A DNA stretch of 64,000 nt from Candidatus Falkowbacteria bacterium CG10_big_fil_rev_8_21_14_0_10_37_14 (lineage in GTDB: Bacteria > Patescibacteriota > Patescibacteriia > Patescibacteriales > Patescibacteriaceae), in contig PFAM01000004.1 of NCBI GenBank assembly GCA_002778705.1, positions 20,109 through 84,108 on the forward strand. The letters run 5' to 3'. The position numbers were made by a program, and so were the translations under genes. Below the pieces are notes generated by a model. That model was not told the origin of the DNA. It did not search any database and was given only the letters and a program-made list of their open reading frames with translations. Positions 45,534 to 53,702 of this stretch are shown here, piece after piece. The first letter of the stretch is position 1. Each line of letters starts with the position of its first letter.

Positions 45534-47081
45534 TTATTCTACACGGACTTCTTGATAACCACTGGCATCGGCACAGGCTTTGACAGGAGTGCTTTCAGCC
45601 CAACTACTGACCGTAAAATAACAGGTACCATTTCCATTATCACACAGCTGATTAAGAGTGCAGCCCGTTACTCCATTAGACGAGCACATAGTTGTCGAAC
45701 TATATACGCGGACACGATATTTAAAATAAATAAATCTATCGTTGTTAGCTAGAGTATCAGTAAAATATTCAACAGCAGTCTGGCCTCTACCTTGCCAACC
45801 CTCTAGACACACGCCGTTAACATCCGCTTTACAACGCTGAACATCAAAACCACCGGTATTAACCGGAAAATTACTCGGATCCGCATTAAAGTACGTCCAA
45901 GTTAAATAGACCTTGGCTTCGCTTGGGGCATCTTTATCGGAACAAACGGTTCTTAAATTTAAGCTAGTTATTTCCAAGACACTGGTTTGACGAGAAAAAA
46001 CATCGCTAGAAACACAGGCCAAAATATTACAGCTATTAACCGCATAATGATAGGTATAACCGACATCCAATCCGTTGCCATTATTACTGTCGGTAAAAGT
46101 GTAGCTCTGAAAACCTGTTTTACTACTAATCAATCCAAAATCATTTGTAGCATTGCCAGAAACCTCATTACAAGAGCCGATACAATTACTCCAATCTCCT
46201 GAAGAACAAGAAATACTACTACCTTGGCATGTCCATACAGCAGGATCGCCTCCGTCTGACACACAAGCTGTTACACAATCTTTTTTGAGTGTACAAGCGT
46301 TACCGTTGTTAGATCCACCAACACACTTTCTATTTTTTCTGTAAACTTGATAATAATTAGCTCCAAAAGCCGGAGACCAAGAAATTTTTATCTTATGACT
46401 CTCATCATCTTTAACTAATTCAGTACTGGGAATAGTTAGATCAGGACGACCATTAACCACATAACCCACTCCCTTAAAGCTTAGCCAACCCAAACCACAG
46501 CCTTTTTCGGTGTTATCAGAGAACTTACAACCACTCCAAGCGTAGCCACTTAATTTACCCCTTTGTGGATCAGAATAGACGCCCCAATCTTCAGGAAGTC
46601 CTTCTCCAGAATCAATAGCATAAACATAATAACTGGGATCATTATTCAAACTAATCCAACCTTCGCTACCCATAGATAAAACATAAGCACAGCCACTTAA
46701 TTCTCTGGTCGCTTTATTAAACTTTGCCCAAGTACTACCAACTCCGCAATTTGGATTAAGACTACCGGTATAGTTAAAGAAAGCAATCCAGCCGACATTA
46801 TCCGACCAAGCCCAAGAATCTGTAGCAAAATCACAAGTATCATTAAAGCAATTGCTTACCGCCACACCATAACCTTTACCAGTATTCCACATCCTTATCC
46901 AACCAATAGTATCAGTCCAGACATACCCTCGCAGAGGAGCGGAGGTCGTGCTGTCAGGTAGGGCGGCATTAACCGAATGAAGATTATTCCCCCACAGCCT
47001 CCAAACAGTCAATGACAAAAGGCCTAATACAGATATTAGGCACAGGGAAAAAATAAGTTTATGATGTTTTTGCGGTAGCAT
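45534..47081 (-). CDS. Secreted Trp/Cys-rich repeat protein with FN3-like C-terminal domains
   Basis: Signal anchor. Repeated G(Y/W)xW(S/T)DxxGWIxF motif (GYVWTDTIGWIRMW, SWAWSDNVGWIAFF, EGWISLNN, GYAWSG...GLGWLSFKG). FN3-like KISWSPAFGANYYQVYRK. Confidence 0.65.
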   Translation of the reverse strand: MLPQKHHKLIFSLCLISVLGLLSLTVWRLWGNNLHSVNAALPDSTTSAPLRGYVWTDTIGWIRMWNTGKGYGVAVSNCFNDTCDFATDSWAWSDNVGWIAFFNYTGSLNPNCGVGSTWAKFNKATRELSGCAYVLSMGSEGWISLNNDPSYYVYAIDSGEGLPEDWGVYSDPQRGKLSGYAWSGCKFSDNTEKGCGLGWLSFKGVGYVVNGRPDLTIPSTELVKDDESHKIKISWSPAFGANYYQVYRKNRKCVGGSNNGNACTLKKDCVTACVSDGGDPAVWTCQGSSISCSSGDWSNCIGSCNEVSGNATNDFGLISSKTGFQSYTFTDSNNGNGLDVGYTYHYAVNSCNILACVSSDVFSRQTSVLEITSLNLRTVCSDKDAPSEAKVYLTWTYFNADPSNFPVNTGGFDVQRCKADVNGVCLEGWQGRGQTAVEYFTDTLANNDRFIYFKYRVRVYSSTTMCSSNGVTGCTLNQLCDNGNGTCYFTVSSWAESTPVKACADASGYQEVRVE

Positions 47082-47100
47082 ATGGTGGATTAGTTTAGAT

Positions 47101-47275
47101 TCCCTTCCCTCACCAATGAGTACATTGGCTCGCCGGGAATGACAGAATAAGCTAGGAATAACAGCATAAGCCGGTGGTCTCGGAAATGACAGCTTTTTAT
47201 GTCACCCCCGGCATTTTGTACTCAAAATGGGAAGGGGGTTTCGGAAATGACACCATAAGCTAGAAGTGACACGAT
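47101..47275. other. GC-richer intergenic element with four degenerate ~21-nt repeat units and nested helices (candidate structured RNA or operator array)
   Basis: Repeat units: gggaatgacagaataagctag (47135-47155), ggaataacagcataagccgg (47155-47174), cggaaatgacagc (47181-47193), cggaaatgacaccataagctag (47242-47263). Possible pairings: cccttccc (47102-47109) with gggaaggg (47229-47236), and hairpins at 47113-47128, 47187-47204 and 47213-47228. Confidence 0.5.
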
Positions 47276-47282
47276 GTAAAAA

Positions 47283-47537
47283 TTACTGTCCAGCCTCGGT
47301 AGCTGGAGTTTCGGTGGCTCTTGGTTGATTTTGTGAGGCAGCTTGAATTTGTTGGTTTAAAAAGGATTGGATATTGGCTAAATTATTGGCATTATTTTGA
47401 ATAGCTGCTTGTAAATTTGATAATTTTTCCGCCTGATAAAAATTAACAGTAATTAAAGTAATTATTAAAGCGGTGGCTAGTAATAAAATCAGACCGACGG
47501 AAATAACTTGAGTTTTATTGTCTTTATTGATGGGCAT
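47283..47537 (-). CDS. Small bitopic protein (N-terminal TM, Gln/Asn-rich coiled segment)
   Basis: 84-aa ORF: VISVGLILLLATALIITLITV, then LQAAIQNNANNLANIQSFLNQQIQ. Confidence 0.5.
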   Translation of the reverse strand: MPINKDNKTQVISVGLILLLATALIITLITVNFYQAEKLSNLQAAIQNNANNLANIQSFLNQQIQAASQNQPRATETPATEAGQ

Positions 47538-47551
47538 AAATATAATTTAAC

Positions 47552-47740
47552 TTATTTAGTTTTGGGGGCGGTAACTTCTTTCAGCCAATCGCTGATTTGT
47601 GTGATGTCGGCAGTTTGCTTGTCGTTTATTGCTTCAGTTATTTTAATACTGTTAGACAACTGCCAATTAATTAAACTGAACCAACCTAAGAAAACACCAC
47701 AAATAACTAGCGCAGCCGAGATATAATATTGTTTAGACAT
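47552..47740 (-). CDS. Small bitopic protein
   Basis: 62-aa ORF with an N-terminal helix ISAALVICGVFLGWFSLI. Confidence 0.45.
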   Translation of the reverse strand: MSKQYYISAALVICGVFLGWFSLINWQLSNSIKITEAINDKQTADITQISDWLKEVTAPKTK

Positions 47741-47749
47741 AATTTTAAA

Positions 47750-49774
47750 TTAATTACAATAACCCATAGCAGTACAGCAAGCAGCTAAAGAATCGGTCTT
47801 ACATGCTGCCTCGGGTAAAACTCTTTCACAAACTAAAATTCCACCAAAAAAATGAATAGACTTCCAACCGGTAGCAGTTTGAACGCAGCTAGACGACGGT
47901 ATAGCTAGCGCTTTATAATTACTAATTTTTATGCCAGCCTTAATTTCCAGGCGACCATTAACTCTTAAATAAGGGTCACTAGAATCTGAAAATTGTCCGT
48001 AAAGTAAAGCGTTATTAGCGGAAGGACTGCTTGTCGTCCTAGCTTTATTGTCAACAATAAATAAACTGGTGCTACTACTAATATCATAACCAGAATAATA
48101 GCCTAAAAAAACATTAGAAGAGCCTATATTAGCATCGCCAGAATTAGTTCCTAAATAAGTATTATTAGATCCATCCTTCGAAGCCTTACCACTGTCATTA
48201 CCAACAAAAACGTTACCTGTACCTATATTACTGTAGCCGGCTTGAACACCTATAAATACGGAACCAGAAGTAGTAGACATTGCTCCCGCTAAAGATCCTA
48301 TGGCAGTATTAAAATTTTGGTTAAAGGTACCAGAGTTATCACCAGATAAAGCTTTGTAACCAATGGCCGTATTACCAGACGATACAGTGTGATATCTTAG
48401 AGATTCATTACCAATAGCAACCGTGTTAGCACTATTAGTAGCAGTTTGTAAAGAATAATTACCAATAATTACAGTATTGGCACTAGCCGATCCACTGGTG
48501 TTTAATACTGTGCCAGCTGAAAAACCAATAGCAATGGCTCCCTTAATGCGAGTTGAACTAGACAGAGCCCATGAACCAATAGCAATGGATTCGCTGCCTC
48601 CACCTAATTCTGATAAAGCATTAAAGCCTAGAGCAACTACATTACCAGCAAAACTCGAACTTGTATAAGGAGTCCCCTTTCCAATAAATAAATTAGTACC
48701 AAATTTATTACTCATAAAAGGGACGCCACCAAAATAAATTACGCCTGTAGTTTTAAATAGAGGGTTACTCTCATCAAGAGTGTTGTCAACAACATCCAAT
48801 GAGCCATAAAGTTTTAACTGGCTATTAATATCATCCCAAAAGAAATTAGCATTATTTTCAGCTAACAAACCATTTAAACCAATAAAGAGTACAGAACCAG
48901 TAGCCATACCAGGTTTGATGTTAAATGAGTTTGAACACTTTAGTGTATGATTATTGCCAGGGTCAAATCCCACAGATACTTCCCCTAGAGGACAAAGCTC
49001 AGGCTTGTGAGTAACCTGATTCCAGGGAATACTGCCGTTTACTATATGTCCAAGAGCATCAACTGTAAAATTTGGACTATCGTTTTGATCGACGATTCTT
49101 AAAGGAGGATAAGCTGAACCGGTCGTAGAACTTGAATGTATTAACAAACCTCCCTTCCCAGCATCATCTCTAATGGTTAATCCGTTCTTAGTAGAGTTTT
49201 TGTTAGTAATAAACAATTTAGATGATATTGTGCTATTAAAATAGCCCAGCTTTAAATAGCTTTCATTGCCATTGTTAAGCCACTGGAGGTATGTGGAATT
49301 ACCAGAAATAGATCCAGGATTAACTCCTTGCTGAAATAAAAGAGCACCATTTCCAGCATTAACTCCAGCTGAAGGACTGCCAAAAATTAAATCAAGATCA
49401 TTACCGCTACTAGTGTTAGAGACAATTAAGGCCTGACCAATAGACCCTTTTAGTTTTGGTAATTTGATATTATAAGAGTCGCCAACACCTAACGACTTAT
49501 CTATTGAAACATTTCTGCCCTCAGGATCGTTAATAGAATTGGTAAAAATTAAAGCGTTGTTTCTGATATAGAGTGGGCTAGTGTCCAAACCTAGGGGTCC
49601 GCCTTTGGTTTGGAGAAGACTACCGACATTAATTGGAGTGTCTCTATTTCCAGATTCACCAGGAGGAAGCATAGAGCTATCAGGCTCTGTCCAAGTGGCA
49701 GCATAAGTAACAGACACTGAGGCCAAAATGGCAATCAATAAAAGAGAAAGATATTTTAAAATATGTTTAGTCAT
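47750..49774 (-). CDS. Secreted adhesin/tail-fibre-like protein with YadA-head-like N(T/V)xxG repeats
   Basis: Signal peptide ...ASVSVTYAA. A long run of repeats: SANTVIIGNYSL, SANTVAIGNESL, SGNTAIGYKAL, NTAIGSLAG, GNVFVGNDSG, NNTYLGTNSG, SNVFLGYYSG. Then ALLYGQF...LRVNGRLEI and a Cys-rich C-terminus. Confidence 0.65.
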   Translation of the reverse strand: MTKHILKYLSLLLIAILASVSVTYAATWTEPDSSMLPPGESGNRDTPINVGSLLQTKGGPLGLDTSPLYIRNNALIFTNSINDPEGRNVSIDKSLGVGDSYNIKLPKLKGSIGQALIVSNTSSGNDLDLIFGSPSAGVNAGNGALLFQQGVNPGSISGNSTYLQWLNNGNESYLKLGYFNSTISSKLFITNKNSTKNGLTIRDDAGKGGLLIHSSSTTGSAYPPLRIVDQNDSPNFTVDALGHIVNGSIPWNQVTHKPELCPLGEVSVGFDPGNNHTLKCSNSFNIKPGMATGSVLFIGLNGLLAENNANFFWDDINSQLKLYGSLDVVDNTLDESNPLFKTTGVIYFGGVPFMSNKFGTNLFIGKGTPYTSSSFAGNVVALGFNALSELGGGSESIAIGSWALSSSTRIKGAIAIGFSAGTVLNTSGSASANTVIIGNYSLQTATNSANTVAIGNESLRYHTVSSGNTAIGYKALSGDNSGTFNQNFNTAIGSLAGAMSTTSGSVFIGVQAGYSNIGTGNVFVGNDSGKASKDGSNNTYLGTNSGDANIGSSNVFLGYYSGYDISSSTSLFIVDNKARTTSSPSANNALLYGQFSDSSDPYLRVNGRLEIKAGIKISNYKALAIPSSSCVQTATGWKSIHFFGGILVCERVLPEAACKTDSLAACCTAMGYCN

Positions 49775-49775
49775 A

Positions 49776-50201
49776 TTATTTAACTGATTTTAACAAAACA
49801 GCTTCATCAGTATTAATCTTTTGCTCTGTTAATAGTTTATCTATCGTAAAAGACTTCTTATCAGACAAAAATTTCTTTTCTTCATCGGTATATTTACGAT
49901 TTGCCGCCTCTGTTCTTATTTTAGCCATAATTGCCTCGGTTTCAGCGCTTACTAAAACTTCTAATTCCGCCAAACTTCTGACAGTTGACTGGTTAGTTAC
50001 TGGCGTATTGGGACTAGCCATATCAGAACCTGAAATAATCGGTTGATTATCAAGAGGAGGATTGGTATTTGTTTGACTAGTTGGTGAGCTGGTTGGCAAT
50101 TGAACAATTTCTGCAGTATCAGCTGAATACAACAAAACAAAAACGCCAACAATCAGCACTAAAGAAACCACGATAACCACTAACCATTTTTGTGTATTCA
50201 T
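49776..50201 (-). CDS. Bitopic membrane protein
   Basis: 141-aa ORF with an N-terminal helix WLVVIVVSLVLIVGVFVLL, a Pro/Thr-rich linker and a helical C-terminus. Confidence 0.5.
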   Translation of the reverse strand: MNTQKWLVVIVVSLVLIVGVFVLLYSADTAEIVQLPTSSPTSQTNTNPPLDNQPIISGSDMASPNTPVTNQSTVRSLAELEVLVSAETEAIMAKIRTEAANRKYTDEEKKFLSDKKSFTIDKLLTEQKINTDEAVLLKSVK

Positions 50202-50275
50202 ATTACATCTTAAATATCTGTCTTTATAAACTTTTAACTTATTCTATTATATCATAATCTTTATAAGTAGCCAAG

Positions 50276-50839
50276 CTAGTCAACTAAACAATGGTTATCA
50301 AGACATGTGTAATTTGTTGGGCAACTTTGCACATTAGTACAAACTCCTCCACAACCATCAGCGCCAGTATTAGGCACTCCATTATAAACCCCTGTATTAC
50401 AAGACATAAAACAATTAGGTAAACAAGTAACAATATCACCAGGAACAGCCGTATTAGCCCCTGCACCAACATCACTAGTTTTATTACCCAAACAAAAACT
50501 TAAGCTATAAGAAGCACCATTTTCATCTTGGCTATAAGTATAAGTGGTAGTGGCCGTGCAACCGTTATCCACAGGCTGTGGATTAAAAGGCACATGAGGT
50601 AAATAAGTTGTTAAACTATAGCTTAGAGGACTCCCAGCGGTAATGGTGGTTGGATACATACCAACATCACGATAAAAACTTTCCAGAGCACCTTGAATTA
50701 AACGAATATCGGTAATTCGCTTACCATCACGATTAGCCATACGCAAAGATGATAAAGTTTTAACCGTCAAGGCGGTTAAAATAGACATGATTACAATAGC
50801 TAAAAGTAGCTCTAAAATAGTAAAACCTGTTTTTTTCAT
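50276..50839 (-). CDS. Type IV pilin-like protein with a Cys-rich C-terminal extension
   Basis: MKKTGFTILELLLAIVIMSILTALTV...RDGKRITDIRLIQGALESFYRD. The C-terminus has many Cys residues (CLPNCFMSCNTG...CGGVCTNVQSCPTNYTCLDNHC). Confidence 0.8.
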   Translation of the reverse strand: MKKTGFTILELLLAIVIMSILTALTVKTLSSLRMANRDGKRITDIRLIQGALESFYRDVGMYPTTITAGSPLSYSLTTYLPHVPFNPQPVDNGCTATTTYTYSQDENGASYSLSFCLGNKTSDVGAGANTAVPGDIVTCLPNCFMSCNTGVYNGVPNTGADGCGGVCTNVQSCPTNYTCLDNHCLVD

Positions 50840-50844
50840 AAAAC

Positions 50845-51309
50845 TTAATAAGAAACAGTACCAGCGGGCATAGCCCGATTATTGCCAGCGGATAAATCTC
50901 CCGCATCATCACCTAAACAAAAATCTAAATGATAGGAAGTGCCGTTAGCGTCATTGGAATAAACATAAGCAGCATCGCTTGGACAAGAGCCGTCGGCTGG
51001 CTGGGGATAAGTCGGCAATTCTTCCATATAAGTTATGGATCCTGAAACCAAAGAATTGCCAGCCACCAAATTTGCAGGATAGACACCTTGATCACGATAA
51101 TAAGCGCGCAAAGCTGATTGCATTTGTGTTACATGAATAATGCGGGTAGAGTCACGAGCACCAGAACGCATCCAAGAAAAAACCCGAAAGACCATGGTGG
51201 CCAATAAAGCCAGAATGGCGATGACAGTTAACATTTCCAGTAATGAAAAACCTGAGCTTATCGAAAGGTTAGTGCGATTATTTAACATACGAAAATTAAT
51301 CTTGGACAC
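50845..51309 (-). CDS. Type IV pilin-like protein
   Basis: ...SSGFSLLEMLTVIAILALLATMVF...RDSTRIIHVTQMQSALRAYYRD. Confidence 0.8.
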   Translation of the reverse strand: MSKINFRMLNNRTNLSISSGFSLLEMLTVIAILALLATMVFRVFSWMRSGARDSTRIIHVTQMQSALRAYYRDQGVYPANLVAGNSLVSGSITYMEELPTYPQPADGSCPSDAAYVYSNDANGTSYHLDFCLGDDAGDLSAGNNRAMPAGTVSY

Positions 51310-52375
51310 AACGGACGCTGTAATAATTATTAACAGTAGCAGATGTTTGAGTTACTACGGGACTGTCGTCAGATATTTTAATATAATTATTATCAGAGGT
51401 CCATAAACGATTCTCGGTATTTCTGCCACCCGTAACAGCTGAAGGTAAAATTTCATGATAGCCGGCGCCCACAGCATTAAACTGCGCCCAGCCAGTAGCA
51501 TTAGCAGGCGTGGTCCAATAAGTATTATCTGGCATTTGATTAGTTCTTAGTTTGTAGCCAGGGTCTGTGCCTAAAAAGGTATTGAAAGCTGTAAACTCTT
51601 CTGTAGTTGGCACGTGCCAACCACTAGGGCAAAGACTGGCAAGCATAGTTCCTTTGTATAAAAGACCGACATCATTAACTGTTCCAGAGTCTTCGCAAGG
51701 TGCACTAGAACAAACTCCAGTACTAGCAGCGTATAAATAATGGCTTGTGTCCATATCTCCAGCTGTATAAGTTAAACTAGCTGTGGTTTTTAAGTTGCTG
51801 GCAAACCAACATTCCCCAGAATCTTGCTGACCATTAGGGATAATGTCATACCAAACTAAATTGTAATTATTTCCCGATAAGTCAACAGCACTATTTCCAC
51901 CAGTTGGGCAGGTAGGACCAGGTGATTGCAAATAGCTGATATTAGCATCAATTTTAATCGTGGTGGCACCGACCGCACAACGACCAGTAGTACAACTGCC
52001 AATAGACCTTAAAGTCATCGAATTGCCAGATGGCAAACCGCCATACTCTACAGAATAAGTACAACTATTATCAAGACTGATGACAGTGCCTGCTTCACCA
52101 GGTTGTCCACAAGTTCCCAAATTGGGGATTAGATATTGCCCCGGCTGGCAGTTAGTAGCGTAATTGCCAAGCTGACCGTAAACCGCTTGTCGTAAACCAG
52201 TCTCGGCCGCCGAATAAGCAGGGATATCACAAGAACCAACACCATAAGCTCTTAAGCGAATAATGACCGAGGTCATCATAAACAAGGCTGCCAACATAAC
52301 GGCCGACATAGCAAAAACCGTGGAGCCTAGCATACTACCCTGATGACTCGAATGTAACCAAGTAAAATGTTTCAT
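51296..52375 (-). CDS. PilX-like minor pilin fused to a FISUMP (Fibrobacter succinogenes major paralogous, TIGR02145-type) domain (module B, position 4)
   Basis: N-terminus HQGSMLGSTVFAMSAVMLAALFMM...YSAAETGLRQ. C-terminus CWFASNL...GLLYKG...CPSGWHVPTTEEFTAFNTFLG...FNAVGAGY...RLWTS...YYSVRCVQD. Confidence 0.7.
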   Translation of the reverse strand: MKHFTWLHSSHQGSMLGSTVFAMSAVMLAALFMMTSVIIRLRAYGVGSCDIPAYSAAETGLRQAVYGQLGNYATNCQPGQYLIPNLGTCGQPGEAGTVISLDNSCTYSVEYGGLPSGNSMTLRSIGSCTTGRCAVGATTIKIDANISYLQSPGPTCPTGGNSAVDLSGNNYNLVWYDIIPNGQQDSGECWFASNLKTTASLTYTAGDMDTSHYLYAASTGVCSSAPCEDSGTVNDVGLLYKGTMLASLCPSGWHVPTTEEFTAFNTFLGTDPGYKLRTNQMPDNTYWTTPANATGWAQFNAVGAGYHEILPSAVTGGRNTENRLWTSDNNYIKISDDSPVVTQTSATVNNYYSVRCVQD

Positions 52376-52402
52376 AAAAAAATTATTAATAAAATCATTA
52401 TA

Positions 52403-52948
52403 TCATTGTAAAGGCGTATTGGTAATAGCTGTCTGATAATAAACCGATTCATTAGCATTTTTAGTAGAAGTAGCTGATAAACGAATGGCCACGGTGCTAC
52501 TATTACTAGTTAGGGTATCAAAATATATTTTGTTAATAAAAATATCTGCCGAAGTAATGGTGTAGACAGAAGCTAAACGCTGAGCAATTAAACGACCATT
52601 AGTAACATAATATTGGACGCAAACATCTTTATTATCCAACACACAAAGTTTGTTTTTAATACCAGGGGCGACACTATTAACACAAAAATAAGTATCAGAA
52701 GAGCAAGAACAATAAGCGGAACACTCAGCGGCGATAAACTTTTTAGATTTCTTAGTTTCATCAGTTAAGACACCTAAAGCATAACGCAAATCGCCTTCCA
52801 GATTTTGCTGATTGGTAATTTTATCTTGGACATCCATCACCCGTAAAAATACTCTAGTAATTGCCAGGGCAAGTATAGCAAATAAGCTGACAGCAACTAT
52901 TAGTTCAATCAGCGTTAAAGCTTGGTGATGATTTTTAATTGGTGTCAT
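52403..52948 (-). CDS. Minor pilin, PilW/GspJ-like (module B, position 3)
   Basis: HHQALTLIELIVAVSLFAILALAITRVF. Confidence 0.65.
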   Translation of the reverse strand: MTPIKNHHQALTLIELIVAVSLFAILALAITRVFLRVMDVQDKITNQQNLEGDLRYALGVLTDETKKSKKFIAAECSAYCSCSSDTYFCVNSVAPGIKNKLCVLDNKDVCVQYYVTNGRLIAQRLASVYTITSADIFINKIYFDTLTSNSSTVAIRLSATSTKNANESVYYQTAITNTPLQ

Positions 52949-53552
52949 ATAACCTGGATAATACTTGACTAGTGTGTCCCTTACCTCGCTCCTCCCAATA
53001 AACTTTCACAATAACATTGATAAATTTTTTAGAATCTGGGGCATTAGGATCATAACTAACTTCAAAATAACGATAAAAAGGTGTATCAGAACCGGAAGTT
53101 CGTTGATAAAATGATGGAGTGGTGGAAGCAATGTCAGCACTTAATTTAAGGCGAGCGGTGCTAGTAGCCGGAAAAAGGCTGGCAAGAGCAGGCGTGATCT
53201 GAGTACTAGAAACAGTGGCTCGATTAGAGGTTGGCACATTAGTCCAATCAAAAACTACAATATGAGCACAAGGACCGGTATCACAAGGAGCCGTTGTAGT
53301 ACTAATTAAACCACTAGCGAAACTGATACTACCAACTACATTTTCATTACGCATGGCTTCGGCCAATTCCACACCCTCCCGTAACAACCCTTGGGCGATA
53401 AAATCGTTTTTAATAACATTTTCCATTTGTAAACTGCGAGTGGTTAAACTCATCACACCGACAAAAACCACTGCCACCATAGCCACAATTAAAATGACCT
53501 CTATTAAAGAGAAGGCGAAGACAGGTTTTGATTTGGAATTGATTAAAGGCAC
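52935..53552 (-). CDS. Minor pilin, PilV/GspI-like (module B, position 2), GTG start
   Basis: KPVFAFSLIEVILIVAMVAVVFVGVMSL...REGVELAEAMRNEN, homologous to the 44283-44972 product. Confidence 0.65.
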   Translation of the reverse strand: MPLINSKSKPVFAFSLIEVILIVAMVAVVFVGVMSLTTRSLQMENVIKNDFIAQGLLREGVELAEAMRNENVVGSISFASGLISTTTAPCDTGPCAHIVVFDWTNVPTSNRATVSSTQITPALASLFPATSTARLKLSADIASTTPSFYQRTSGSDTPFYRYFEVSYDPNAPDSKKFINVIVKVYWEERGKGHTSQVLSRLYDTN

Positions 53553-53702
53553 AAAAACAATTTTTAATTTTGTAATTTTTAATTTTTAAATAAACAAATC
53601 TAATTTTTAATTTTTTAAAACACGAGAGCAATATCTTGGTATTTATTTTGAAAATTGAAACATTATTTTGAAATTAAAAATTTGAAATTTGAAATTTTTT
53701 CC
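53553..53702. repeat. Low-complexity AT-rich intergenic element related to the TTGGAAAT/TTTGAAAT repeat family
   Basis: aatttttaattttgtaatttttaatttttaaataaacaa...cttggtatttattttgaaaattgaaac...ttgaaattaaaaatttgaaatttgaaatttttt. Its layout resembles copies A and B. The 18-mer taatttttaaataaacaa recurs at 57415-57432. Confidence 0.45.

Noticed and set aside
47135-47263. The degenerate 21-nt repeats as a tiny CRISPR array
   Set aside because: Two units abut with no spacer, spacing of the others is irregular, the units are degenerate, and no cas genes are present.
47750-49774. The tail-fibre-like protein as evidence of a prophage
   Set aside because: There are no capsid, portal, terminase, integrase or lysis genes nearby. 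The gene sits in a tight co-directional array with pilin genes.
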